A DNA stretch of 63,258 bases, counting the filler, from Klebsormidium nitens (Eukaryota; Plantae; Klebsormidiophyceae): assembly GCA_000708835.1 (NCBI GenBank). It is 4 parts of 4 records of this genome, joined end to end, with 100 filler letters (N's around TTAATTAATTAA, not from the genome) between each part and the next. Parts side by side here need not be neighbours in the genome. Positions count along the whole stretch, not along the records: positions 1 to 27,038 come from DF237752.1; 3 more parts are not named here. The stretch is one strand, 5' to 3'. Shown here in pieces: positions 1-13,400 of this stretch. Below the pieces are notes generated by a model. It saw only the letters and a program-made list of their open reading frames with translations. It was not told the DNA's origin and did not search any database. Each line of letters opens with the position of its first letter. The stretch's first letter is position 1. Made by a program: the position numbers and the translations under genes.

Positions 1-361
1 GGCTACTGCGGCGTAAAGCTTTCGTGTCGCTGCGGATGAACGTGATTCGAACTCGTGATGTTCTCTTCTCAGAAGCCCGTACCCATCAAAGGCATGGGGC
101 TGCTACGACACTGTAACCAATGTCGTGATCAATAAAGTGAAAATTGGCAGGCTCTGCCTGCGTTGCCTGCAGCCAATCGACCGAGCGACCAGACCCAATC
201 GAACTCGTCTCGATACGCTGCGAGGGGTTTGCGAAACCCGCATAAGTATGCGCTGTATAAGCGGGGAGTTAGTGCGAGGTAGTGTGCGACGGGTAACGTC
301 GGTCGGTATCAGGTTTGACGCAATCACCAGTATGTAAAAACTTCACGCAAATTTGTGCACA

Positions 362-1951
362 ATGGACGCAGCGCAATTGACGAGAGCTAGTCATCTGCGG
401 TGCGCTTTCCAAGGAAAGCCTGAAACAAGTGTTGCTGAAGTTCAAAGAGGAGGCAGGTCAGCCGAACAGCGAGCTCATTTCACGAAAGGTTGCTCTTCTC
501 CCGCTGGACAACAGAAAGCAATCCAATTATGTAGCAGGCGGATTTCTTGTCAGCAGAATTCGAGTTGTCACAAAAGCTGGACTCCCCAGCGGCCAACATG
601 CGAGAGGGCCCGGTTTCGAAATGCAGCTACCGCTTCCTCAGCAGAAACTCTTGACAGCAACTTACTTGATATCAAAAAGGAACTGTTGTCCGCAGTAGAG
701 GGACTGGAGCGGGGCACAAAGAATGCTCAGATGCCAGAGAAGACAGCCAAGGTCCTGCAGATTCTGCGGAACATAGATGCGAAATCCTGCTGTCCGGAGA
801 TCTCGGCAGAAAGTCTAACTGCTGATTGGAAGTTGCTATGGACGACCGAGAAGGAGACTCTGTTCATACTGCAACGGGCTGGTGTGTTTGGCACTACAGC
901 CGGTGATGTGTGGCAGGTGATTTGCGTGCAAACGCTTGGCCATTTGAAAGCCTAAGTCTCTGTCAAGTGTTCTCACCATCTCTTCATTGCATTCATTCGG
1001 TCCTTGTCACTGTGGAGCTGATGCACAAGACAAGACTGTTCCAATCCCCATCGATTTGCCAATCTCCTTCATCACCTGCCATTCTCTGGCCTGACAGACT
1101 CCTAGAATCTGGCCTGATGCACCACGTGATTACTGTCAAGCACTCCACCAAAAGCTTCATTATTCCTTCTATGTTTCATTTCACTAGGTGATCAATGCCA
1201 AAGAACAGACGTTGAACAACATCATCGAGTTTCCTCCAAGCGGCCGGTTCGCGGTTGCGGCAAGCATTCAACCGGCCACTAATGGAAACTACAACACCGT
1301 CAACTTCAAGTAAGAGTGACTTCCGCAGCTTACAGGCCGAAGCTGATCAATGGTAATGCTAGTCCACACGTTGCTTATGACTGAATTCACAAATTTCTTC
1401 TCTTTTGGCAATCAAGGTGCAGTATGCGGAGAGCAAGAGGCATGTCTGAGTGGATGGTTGCTGAATTTTCTCTAGCCCTGTGTTCATGAGCATTAATTGA
1501 GATGTGCAGATTTGAGTCGGCCGAACTTGTGACTCCAAAATGGGCCATCCCGGTCCCTCCCTTTGGCCAAGGATGGTAAGAGTTATTCATCCTCTCTGCA
1601 TTGCACTGACTGTCTGACAGATGTCGACTTGGTCTGGTGATGAAAATGGATAGCTGTTCAACCTTGTTCGTTCAACTTTTTTCAGCATTTTCCCAGTGCT
1701 TGGATCCGAGAGCCCTGCCGGACTTCAGCTCGTTGTCCAAAGTCCGAAGCCTTCTCAAAGGTTCTGTCTTTCGACTGTTGGTTTAGGAGCTTCTCGGATA
1801 TGCCAACTCTCATCTATTTGTCTCTAAGTCGTACTGAAGAGTCTGCGCCTTGTGCAGGTTCCAAACCGTGTATATAGACAACGAGATACGCATTGCAAAG
1901 GACAGCCGAAAGGACTGGTTGATAGTAGAGCGATCAACAAGATGTCCATAA
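362..1951 (+). CDS. FBN9: Plastid lipid-associated protein / fibrillin (PAP_fibrillin), FBN9-like, 4 exons, ~278 aa
   Basis: Exons 362-916, 1188-1309, 1510-1575, 1858-1951, all GT-AG and phase-consistent. Motifs WKLLWTTEKETLFILQRAGVFGTTAGDVWQVI..LNNIIEFPP..PVPPFGQGWFQTVYIDNEIRIAKDSRKDWLIVER match the fibrillin-9 type as recalled. The Ser/Arg/Ala-rich N-terminus resembles a transit peptide. Confidence 0.88.
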
Positions 1952-3096
1952 TTGGCTCTTGAGGTTTTCCTTGGAAACTTGAAACGTACTCCGGTTCGAA
2001 TAAAGTTTTAAGCCTGCTAATCATGCATTCGAGAGGCGCCCAAACGCATGCAAAATAGGGCCCTCTTGCAATAGCATCCTTTGATTCTGAACAGCTGACA
2101 TGAGCAGCATTCATCAGCTTGGTGTCTTGCCATGATGGCGAGAGGCACGTGTGCTTATATCGCAGCGGCCTAGGGTCAACGCTGCCTGCCGCCATCCCGT
2201 GCCGGTCAGTCCGACTCGATTGAACGGATCGAGCTTGGGATATTGATACACTCACATTGCATCTTTCAGCGCAGGCGGGCGCGCGGCTCAGTGTGCGAGT
2301 GACTTAGGCTGACATTCATTCGAACTGATCTACAGATCAAGCTCGCACACACTGACGGTCTCGCCATGTTATAAAGCATGTTTGACTGTGGCGCGGGGCG
2401 CCGGGTGAGACGCGGCCTGCCCGCTGGGTAGTAACCCAGCAAGTATTGCTTGATGTGGTCAGCGGCCGCGCCCTGAATTCCAGTTGAAATAGCATGGACA
2501 CTGTATATAACCTGCAGCTAGGAGCTATAGATTATATATAGATCACAATCAGTATAGCCTGCGCGCGTGCCGCCCGGCCGCGGCCACCCGCCCATATAGT
2601 AAAGCCTCAGTGCAATGTACATAACTCATGCTTCGAAGTGGTACACGTATCTATGATCCTCCGCGACAGTCTTAGCGATCATGTGCATGCACATGTAACA
2701 TCTCATGATCTGATCAAACATGCCACATCCGATCGTGCGCAATAGCATGATAATTCTGCATTTCGGTTAGAACTAAGTTGGATGTACACAAGCTACAATA
2801 ATATATACAATATAATACAACTTTGTACAGAACCGACTGCATGCACTCTGCAAGTGATCCATGACAGAGATTCAGTGAACCCCGTCGGCAGGCTTGCACT
2901 CGCCGAACGGACTCCTTAAACAATTGTCTTGTAACACTGAGTGCCCACGACCTTTACTGATTTGCGCTGCCAGCAGCCACCTGAACAACCGACCACGTTT
3001 CTGCCTGGGCCACTCGCTCAAACTGTCGACCATCTATATACATTTACACGGCTCTCGCCCTCGCCATTAAGAGGCAAGCTCAGTCCTCATGCAAGC

Positions 3097-6000
3097 TCAG
3101 TCCTCATCAAAGTACTTCTCCTGCGCGTCCCGGTCCACTTGCCCCAGCCAGTCGTCGTCGAGCTTCGCATCGCTGTCAACCGCCCGGTAGTCCACGTGTT
3201 CTCCGTCCTGGCCCTCCAGGAACCGCTCCCGCATTATCCGCCGGAAGTCGTCGATCTGCACAATGAATAAGAGCTGTGAGAATAGGAGCTGTGATTCAAA
3301 ATCTACACAGAAGATGAATCCTACCCATTGCACCATCAATGTAAAACATACTGAGCACCCAAGATTCAGAATACTTGACTTTCCTGAAGCTTCAAGCAAC
3401 CAACAATCTAATAAAACTCCACGGCTATTTTGCCTTTGGATGGTGTCAACGGTGTCAAATCTAATGTCTGAAGCGGACCAGGACTCGACAAGGTTCAATT
3501 GCTGCAGCTGACAACACGGCAAACAGGCTGGAACGCTAGCACTGCACCGGACATCGACTTTCTTCCCCTGACACGCAAGTTCTTCGTCTCGCTCGCGCGA
3601 ACACACTCTTCTACAAAAAGTGAACGGCAGCCGTACCAAAACTTTTCGCGGTGGCTACAGCGCACACTTATTGCAATCATTCCATTACGAGGGGACAACT
3701 CTTTTCCGTTGGGCCTGCTATCAGGAAATGCCTTCCCCTCTTCCTCACATTTGCATAGCCGCTGGCATCAGAAAGACGGAGCACCAAACACAGAATCTTA
3801 GATTGGAGCGGAACCGGGACCAGAAAAGCTCTCCAGCTAAATCCAGACTGTGCTTGAAGCCATCCCAAGCAACTGGCCGTCGCTCTGTCTAGAACAAGTT
3901 CAAGCAGACGAACCCGACTGCCAAAACAGCAAGGAACTTAGAAGGACAGCTTGCGAGACTCCCATGAGAAGTAGGATGTCGACCATCAAATCCTCAGCAG
4001 GTTCCTTCTCGAAACGGTTACAAGAAAGTGCTGTCAATTTGACCGGAAAGGCTCTCAAAGTAATATCGCAGAATCAACCGGAAATAGACTCACAAATGTG
4101 CACGTGAAGGAGTGAAATATATGTTCAACGAATGTCAGTACCTAAAATTACCCGTCAACAACTTCGAAGGCGTTATAAAGAAAACCCTCCGTCTTTCGGC
4201 ACTGTCCTCACCTGCCCCTTCGGGCCAGAGTCCACATCGAGTGTGTCCCCACCCTGCAGTGCGACAATGCTTCTATCAGACACGACTTCTCAGTCCACAC
4301 TGAAAGACGTGCAAGAAGTCACAGCGACCGAACCTTTGTCCCTAGACGCGCTGATGTGCTACGTACCGGATCCAATCGGTTCTTTGCGGACCTTCCCCAG
4401 ATACTGAGGCAGTATGGCAACTGCATTGATCATACGTACTCTTCGGTCAAAAGAAGTACGCTTTGATGCTGTGATTTCCAGTCTTCTTGTTTGGCACCCA
4501 TTGGGTGTACCTGACCACCAAAATCACCATCAGACAAGTCCGCACAACGGTTCCTTTTCTAGCCAACTTCATCAGGTTTGCTGGTCATGATTTTGAAAGC
4601 GACTCATATACCTGAAATCTTGAAACGGTTTTTAACAGTTTTGACCTCAGCTTGCTATCTTCTGAGATGGGAATTACCTTCGTAACCGGAAAAAGGGAAG
4701 AAGCGGGCGGAGGAGTGGAATATCCAAAAGCACACCAAAAGGAACCAATCTTTGACGTCATCAGCGAACGCCCTCTCACCAGCTCTGACATGCCCGTATG
4801 AGTCCGGCTGCCCAGCTCCTCCTCGTCCGTGTCCATCTCCTCATCGCCTCCATCTCCTATCCCCCTGCCGCCATCTCGTAGCCCCGCACCGCCACTGCTC
4901 CCGACCGCTGCACCTCCCCGTTCCTCCGCGTCCGGAGGAAGCTCCGCTGCTGCCTGCGCACGCTGTTCTAAACTGGGAACCGCCCCCGCGCCTAGTTGTT
5001 GAACATTCCGCGACGCACGGTCCGACGCCCCGGCACGCGTCCGCGCATCCGCGCTCCCGCTAAACGGCCCGTCTCGGACTTCCCCGTAACGGGTGACGGG
5101 GTGCCGTGACCCGGCGCCCGCGCCCGCGCTCTCCAGAACGCTGCGCACGACCTGACTCGCGATGCGCGACGCGCTGACGGGCTCGGGGGTGGTGAACTCG
5201 CCAAAGCGAGCGTGCGACACTTCCTCTTCAGCCTCTCCGCTGCCGCTCACACTGCGCCCATTCACGCTACGGGCGTTCACACTGTGCCCGTTCACACTGT
5301 GCCCGTTCGCATTCGCGGGACCTCCACTCACCCGGCTCGCCCCATTAGACGGCTCCCGTCTGTTGCCGCCGCCGCCGGCAAAAGAACTGCTCGGATCATG
5401 CTCCCCGCTTGACCCGGCTATCGCCTCGTTCGATTCGACCGCTGCCCGCATGGGCTCGTCTGACGTCAGCAGACTGATGCCTTTTCCCACTTCGTTCACC
5501 CCCAGGGTGCTTCCCGCAGGCTGAGCATCCGTTGGCCCGACCGTCACCGCCGCACCTGCAACCGAAGCCCCGGAAATGGTGCCAAACCGTAGCTGGCCCG
5601 TCTTTTGATGCACACCGCCGCGAGCTTTTGCGCCGGTGCTCGGGCCTCGACTTGGAGGGCTTTCCAAACTGGGCATCGCAACAGGTTCCACTTGCTTATC
5701 TCCGGGTGAGTCTGCCACGTTTGCTTCTTCCTCTCTTTCTGCCTGGTTTCCATTGTGTAGGCCTGACGCTGCGGCTGCGTCCTGTAATGAAAGGGACACG
5801 TCAGCAGCCGAAGCAGCCCAAGCCAAAACCATTGATGAATCTTCGAAAACCAGACGTTGCTGGGGGGAGCCTGGATGTTTGTCAATCTTTCCCATCGCCT
5901 AGTACAAATGTGACCAATACAAGTTGAGAGACACGCAGTATGTCTGATGCAGCTTACTGGCATTAATCTGAACAACTCTTCCGATTATTGGTTACCTCCA

Positions 6001-8101
6001 CTTGACAAGGAGAAATGCATGCCCTGAGAAGGGCAAGGGCGAATCTGATCAACACGAAGATGTCTCAACCAACAAATGGATACTCGGACAGGAGGACCCG
6101 CAAAAACAGACGACCCGAACGTCTCACCTGTTACTACGAGCTCCTTTTGAAAGACCTACAGCTCGTGCCCCCCAAAGAGGACGTCCTGAGCCTGTTCAAT
6201 ATCTGAGGTAATCATGCATTCTTTTTTGTTTTAGAGCCTTTGCCTTTCATGCAAAAACATCGAAACAGACAGGAAGCACATTGACAACTCTGAAGCGCCT
6301 CACGTCTAGATCTTGTTGCAACGTGGCGGCCTGCTTCTCAAAGTCCTGCCGCTCCTGCTTGAGCCGCGCCGCGATGTGGTCCTCTTTGGCCTGCCGAATG
6401 ATGAGCTCCGAGAGGCCCTCGCCTGGGCGCGGAACGACGGGCTGCCTCCCACTCCTAGTTTCACTGGCGTCAGTTTGGGGACCCATGAACTGCTCGTGGA
6501 GAAGGGGGGCGCGCTCGCGCATGGCGTCCTCGGAGAAGTAGGTGCCCTCATCTTCCAGGCGCTGCATGTAGGCTGCACATCAAAAGTTGGGAGACCGTCA
6601 AGGAGAAGGAAGATAGGCCGAATCTAATCGTCACGAGGCTACGATATATTAAGATTGACACTGCTGAGGAGCCACATAGCGCCAGCAAACGGAATGAATC
6701 GCACTGAACAGTATGGATCGCGCTGATGCAACCTCGTCAAGTAGACTGCAACGATCTGGTGAACTGTCTAAGGACACAACTTTTTGAAGAGCCCATATCA
6801 GAAAACCTCAAACTTCGGAACCATGGGAGTCGAGCTCGTTTCAGCCCAAGCACCGTTGTCTCTTACGCCAATCGGTCTGCTGATCAGGTGAAGAGCCAAC
6901 CAAGTTGGCCTCGTCTGAGCAGTGACTTCGTACATCAATATCAGCGCTTCTCTGCCCAGGTCGAGAATTCTCGCACACAAAGGATACGATGGGCCGCTTA
7001 CCTAGCCTGCGATTCTTCACCTGCGCTGCGCGCGCCTTCTCCCGCTGGGGGCTGGGGCTCAGACTGTCATTCAGCCGGTTGAGGTGCCAATTGACTTCGT
7101 AATCACCTGCAGGCACAGGAAGATATGAGGTTTGAGGAACAACTCTAGGCAGGAGTTTGAAATTACTCTGAAGGAGGTTCTGCGCCAGTCTTGAGAGACT
7201 TCCGGGAGCAGTTCGATTTTTTTTTCGAGATAACGTCTACAAATGGAGCAGCCGCATACTTTCACAATAGGAGAGATTAGTGACCTCGGTGCAAGGCAGA
7301 AAAAGTTCGGTTGAAAAGTTCGACATAGACTCAGCTTGTCTTCATCTGATATGCAGGCAGGCATCAGCTCAAGACAACCAGGGCTGACGTGTGACCACTA
7401 TGTCCTGCCAAACAAAGCCCGAAGGGTGGTGAGCAAAAACCTTGCTGGAACAAGAACAAACATTGCAAAGTCTCCTGCTCGAATGATCATGTGGGGTCCT
7501 GTGACTCCTATGGAGAATTGGTGGCAGTGTGCAGGTGGAAACACTGAGCCAAATAGACTCCGCCCAAGACAGCAAAATTGTCAGCATGCTGCTGACGTAG
7601 CACCTTTTGCCACCTTCAATCGACGCGCAGCCAGCAGAAAAGTCAAACATTACTCCAAGCTGCAACAGCGACAAACAAATTTTACATCACCCCTTCATGT
7701 TACACAAGACAACTCCACATCGATTCCAGCACCACCATCTTTCAGATGAGACCACAATCCATCTTAGAATTCCAAATAAAACTAAATAAGAATGCCGCCA
7801 TTTTAAGAGCTGCTATTGATCATCAAGTTGTGCCAGCCACACGGAGTCTTTCAATGCTGAAGCTGGTGCCACAGTCACCTTTCAGACCCTCAAACTGCAA
7901 CAGCTCATCGCCGCTCAGGCTTTCTCCATACTTCTCAAGAAAAAGCGCAGCGTCCCGCTCGAGCAGGCCCTGCAAGTGCGCCCGCTTCTCGTCTTGCGTC
8001 GCGCCTTCCTCCCCGCTTCTCAACTTCCAGGGCAGCTTCTCCTCGACGTCAGGTGCCACGCTGAGACGATCGCACACCGTACGGGCGGCAGCGGCGTCCA
8101 T
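3097..8101 (-). CDS. CCDC97: CCDC97-like protein (CCD97-like C-terminal domain), 5 exons, ~585 aa
   Basis: Exons 8101-7879, 7106-7002, 6572-6304, 5781-4780, 3255-3097 are phase-consistent. Motifs LLERDAALFLEKYG, DYEVNWHL, VKNRRLAYMQRL..YFSEDAMRERAPLLHEQFMG and FRRIMRERFLEGQDGEHVDYRAVDSDAKLDDDW..DAQEKYFDED. Confidence 0.88.
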
Positions 8102-8689
8102 ACCTAGTTGCTCCCTCAGGTCCTAGGGGCAACCGGGCTCCACTGCCACCATACAAGATGGTTTTCCAACGTACTGATTGCTCAACTTCAAGCCTCAGCT
8201 CACTAGGCTCGAGACAGAAAGACTTGGAAGAGCCATCCCCTTCCAACAAGTTTTAACCCTTGGCCAAACCCAAAGCCAAATAGCCAAACCCACTGTAATA
8301 TGTCGCTTGAAAAATTGGACACTCTTATTCGATACCCCTTCACAACGGTATGATAGCCCATCTCTTGCGACTTCTTGCCTTCCTTCTCGACAATGCAAGT
8401 AAACCGACCACTACTGCCATTTCCTGGTTATCCGAAGTCTTCCAATTCAGCAAGGCAAATGAACTTCGGCATTAAATTTTGGCCACTGAGAGGGCGCCAC
8501 GTCAGCCCCCCGGCCCAGAAAGGTTGCAGGTGGCTGGCGAAGGGGGCCATCCCGGTACGGTCGAAAGCTCTCCGGATTCACGGTACGGTTGACTTGGGAC
8601 CACCCGAGCACTCACTTAGGAACAAAAGCGAATATTTTGCCTTTTGTTCCTAAGTGGGTAACATACATGTAATACATATTTACTAAAAG

Positions 8690-9100
8690 TCCCAAAAGAA
8701 AACAAACTGTACTGTTATCTGTTATAATTTTCTTCTGAAAAGTCGCATATAATGTACATGGATTAATGTATGGTATGGCCTTACTACATACATATTCGCA
8801 ACACGCCCCAAAGGGAAAATTTTTGTACTGCTAATCTGTTATGTTTCTCTTCTGAAAAGTCGCATGTAATGTTAGATGAAATAATCTATGGTATGGCCTT
8901 ACTACATACATATTCGCAACACGCCCCAAAGGGGAAAGTTTTGTACTGCTAATCTGTTACAATTTTCTACTGAAAAGTCGATTATAATATTTACTATTCC
9001 TTTTGGGTATGGCCTTACTACATACATATTTGCACTGAATGCCAAAGGGAGGAAAGTCGTACTGCTTATCCGATATAATTATTTTCCTCTGGACAGAAGA
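8690..9100. repeat. AT-rich tandem repeat, ~117 bp unit, ~3.5 copies
   Basis: TATGGCCTTACTACATACATATT starts at 8774, 8892 and 9008. The flanking CTGAAAAGTCG and GTACTGCT segments also recur. Confidence 0.9.
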
Positions 9101-9334
9101 AAAATATAACAGATAACAGTATAAGATTGTCGAAACCTCCTGGATCTTGCCAATATGTATGTAAGTAGTGTTGCTTTCGTGACTCGTCGGCTCAGTGGGG
9201 CATGCATATATTGTCCGGCATGAGCGCAGTAAAATTTCGACGCAGCTGTCGGGCCTCGCAACCTCCTGTCTGTTAGCTGTCTAGCTGTCTGCAGGCACCG
9301 GAAATCATAGTATTTTAGCATAATACCAGGCCGA

Positions 9335-9510
9335 GGTATGGTCGAGGTATAGGCCGGGAGACTTGGACCGAACTCCCGTCTGTCCTGTCTTCCTGTCTGT
9401 TCGCTTTGAAAATTATAAAACGATCTACAGATTGACTGGGATGGTCAGGCTACCTATATGCCGGTAGACTTGAACCAAACCCCTGTCTGTCATGTCTTCC
9501 TGTCTGGTCG
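9335..9510. repeat. Dispersed repeat (GGTATGGTC..GCCGGGAGACTTGGACC..TGTCTGTCCTGTCT), two tandem copies
   Basis: Copies at ~9335 and ~9440; homologous to copies at ~17407 and ~17827. Confidence 0.8.
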
Positions 9511-10446
9511 CACCGTAAAATACGGTATCTTATATCATATGAACCGCGTTGCAATCGTCCGATGCTCGGTAGCACATTCCGGATTTTTAGGAGGCCCGAC
9601 CCCCCCGTAGCTTTTTTGCTCAGTAGCAGCCGTTGCACGAATAGCAGCTACCTCATGTGAACAGGGCATAACTGGCCGTAACCCTAGTATTACCTTAAGG
9701 TGGCCATTCTCTTTGCTTCAGGGGAAGTTCATACAGGTTTGTTCAAGTTGAAGAAGCTGATTTGTGATCAACACCAAATGTTTGGAGAGTTGCTTCTCAA
9801 GTCGCCCAAGCACGTCTGTTTTCGCCGGTGGAATCTAATTCGAAGGCCCCAGCCAGCACGATGTTGAGGAGACCTGAAATTTCTGTATCTGGAATAAGGA
9901 GACATGTTGAAAAGGCCACCTGTGATGAGCTTAACGGAAGAGGAAATGCAGGAGTTTTCCCAGTTAGTTATATCGGGGGGGTGCACGTGGATGTGCAATT
10001 TGAGCCCAACTTTGGACATGATGCTGGCAGTCCTCGGGCGACGCTCCGCAGCAACATTGGGAAGGCAGATGTTTTGGTGAGAGGCAACTCGTGTACTCCA
10101 TCTGAAAGCTGCATCTGTAACCAATAAAACCCTAAAACTATAGGTTTGGTCTGTTGCACCGTCTATCTGCCTTTCTGTGGGAGTCATGAATCGCAGTGTA
10201 GGAATTGCACTTTTTTTCTGCATGGCAGTTTAGTACTGGCAGTGACCATGCCAGCACTCGGCACCAAAGTTGAAGAACCAGAAGAAGCAGGATCCAGCAG
10301 GGGGCAAAGCAACTGTCTACGATTGCAGGCTTGCTGACGGATGCATGGCTTTCTCTTGAAAGGTTGCTTCCAGTGCTGTATTTTCGATTGCTTATGTCTG
10401 TAGAGTAATCACGTTTATCGACCCTGCTGTACAGGCACAAGGCTCC

Positions 10447-13400
10447 ATGCGCATAGAGGCCTCAGAACCGTCGAGTGAAGCTCAGGAGATAATCAGTGGT
10501 TCTGGTTCTAGAATGGCGAATAGCGCCACTTCTGCTGGCCATGTGTCTGTGGACGACAACCTTACCACATACCAGATGATCGTTGGGGCTCAGAGAAGAA
10601 CCTGCTCAGAAATTGATATGAGGGAGATGAAGTATGACCCAAGTGACACAAGAATGTAAGTCTCTGCCTTGCCACTCGGCAGAAAATCAGAATCTTGCAA
10701 ATCGTTGAAGACAGTTTGCTCTTCCTTTTCTTTCTTCGGATTGTTTGGTCGCCGGCTGCTGTCATTCTTGCAGCACCTTCTTTTTAATCATCGCCTCTTG
10801 TTCCACGGCAAGTGACCTGATTGTCATGCTTCTTTTACGCTTGCAGAGTTTCCCTGACATATAGCAACCTCATGCGGCAGGGTCATGCTCGGTTGCGGCA
10901 GCAGCCTGATGACTTAGCCAGAAGAAGGACCCCTTTCCTATCCCAGTCAGTTCCCCTAATGCTGGATCCATTAACTGAACGGTTATATGGAGGCGCACTC
11001 AGTGTGGCCGGTAATCCAGATCTAGCGGTTCTGCCCGGGAAGTTTACTGGAGCTGCCAAAGAGATCCGGAAAATGGTTCCTTCGTCTGCGAAAGTGTACC
11101 TGAACAGTCTTAGCGACACAGAGTTGCGGCAGAAGATTGTGCTGGGAGGAGCTGGATATCCGAGTGAGTGAAGGCAGTTGATTCTGTATGGGGAATTGGA
11201 AAAGATCGTAAAATTAACTGCACTGCTGCGTCATTTGTGGTCATACATGTTTGCAGGTGTACTGGCACATGGATTCTTACATGCTTGTTCTGGCAAAGGG
11301 AGTGAAACGGTCTACTTTTGCTGAAGGCACAAGAACAATAAAGAGTACCACGAAAGAGGAGATGTTGGAGGCCTACCCCGAGGCCATTCTAAAAAGCGCA
11401 TGCACGTAAGTGACCTGTGGAAAACAAGGCACCCTAGATTGCTTGTGAGTTCGTGTACTTATCAAGTTGCTTGGGATCCCGTCATGTTATGTGTAGAATT
11501 AGAATTCAGTGCTTTTGGTTCTTCAAGGATATACCATTTGCTCGTTGGTCTTCAGCAGAATAACGTGAAACTTGAAGGTGATGGAGAAGCAGTCCATATT
11601 GACCTCATTTTTCTCTGTACCTTCTGCAGTCGGCAGCAGACCCTGACAGGAATTGCAGACCTTGTTGGCAAGATCAATACCATTTTCACCGCAGCTGATG
11701 GAGACACGCATGTATTTTCAGTCGGTCGTGTCCTTGGTTCGAATGGTACAGTGGCAGCACATACTGCCAACGGTCTCCGTCGCTTCTCGGGGGCAGGTCT
11801 GGTGAGTTTGGTAGCCCCAGCTCTGCCAGATTGTCTTGGTTGAATCTGACCATATTGCACCACTCTTTCGTTCTCTTATCTTGGCATGAGGCAAGCATGA
11901 AGCACCTTTTTGAACCACTTGTGAGACCAAGCTGAGTATTCCTTTGATTCCACCAATTGTAGGGCTTCCTGGGGCCACTTGCTACGACTGGCGGAATTTC
12001 CTTTGTGCATGTGGCACCAGCGCAAGGCATTTCGGTAGGTCTTCTCATACTTCCTTCAATCTGAGCAACCGATGTGGCTTCTCTATTAACTGGGTGCAGT
12101 TTGAAGACTCTCATCTTTGCTTGCGAACCACTTAGTAAGCCTCTCCCTGTGTTTCTGGTCAGGCCCGTACTAGGCCTGTCCTTGATGAAGCTTGCATGCC
12201 TTGTGTTGCAGGGGGAGTACAACTTGGCTCTGGATGTGGACGGTCTCGGGGTCGTAATCCTATTCTTCGGAGATGTGCTCCCTGAGGAGGACGATCCAGA
12301 TGACAACAGGTGGAACGAGCCGGTGGGACGCGAGCAGAAGACGAGCTGGATTATGTACATCGTAAGCCTGTTTCCTTGGAGCAGCTGCATTGTGGTTTGA
12401 AGCCACCTCTCCTGTCCAAAAGCAGTTGTTTAACAGAGTTCATTGCAATGTGCCAACATGTTTTCGAGATGAATGATGAAGAGCAATGATTCTTAAGAGC
12501 AATTTCGTGAACAGGGATCATGGAAGGGGATACAGGGACCGGGTGATATGATCTGGAAACAGAGCTGGCTCGTTTCTTCTTACAGAGGGCCTGGTCAGTA
12601 GTTCATCTGAACACTTTCCCATGTTACTTCTGCAGCTTGCGAATTTGCCGCAGCTTCTCGGCGCTCCCGCTGATGTACGAGCGCAGGCGTTTTCGGTCGA
12701 CAGGCAAGAGAAGAGGAACGTCTGGCTGCAGGCTGCAATAGAGGAGGCAGAGATCATCTACAAGAGCTCAAGGATTAGGGGCGAGGCAACGCTAATGTCA
12801 GAGGTGCGGCAAGTGTTTGAAGTTCCAAGTGCTGTTAACCTGTGCTACCGTTTCAATCGGTTTTTTGATCATCCTGGACAGTACGTGAGACAGCAGCATC
12901 AAGTCCATGATTTCATGCTGACTTTTTGCCATCTGGTCCTCAGGCGGCACGAGCTCTGGTGCAGAAGGAGGAGGTGTGGCGGGGGCTGGAGGAGTACATG
13001 CCGGTGACCTGCAAAGTAAGTGACTACTCGGAAAAAGTGTTTCCCAATTCTGCAGTCTGTTCGCCCTTTCAAACAAATATACGTTGCCTCACATGAAGGA
13101 TGTTGCCTCCAACAGGATCGTCCCGCTTTTCTGCTTCAGCCAACTCAGCCTCTGTCGCACCTAGTACTCCTTTTCAACCTCGCTCATGTTCGGAACTGCT
13201 TGCTCCTGCTGTGTTTAGTGGCTCAAAAGGCTTGTGTGAGAGTCGGATGAGACAGGGAATTGGGATTTCCAATGACAGCCGTGCAGCCCGGATACTGCAG
13301 TCCTTCCGTGTTCTCTCGTTTATCGTGCAAAAAGTTTTTTTCCACGATCTGAGCTACGCAAGCGTTCAGATTGTCCCGTTTGGACCGCAGGAGTTTGTGC

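Noticed and set aside
40-62. GTGATTCGAACTCGTGA, a reverse B-box/T-arm-like sequence
   Set aside because: No surrounding cloverleaf or A-box.
9670-9706. GGCCGTAAC..CTTAAGGTGGCC resembles the LSU rRNA homing-endonuclease/R2 target region
   Set aside because: The match is short and gapped and no flanking rRNA similarity is visible; likely chance.
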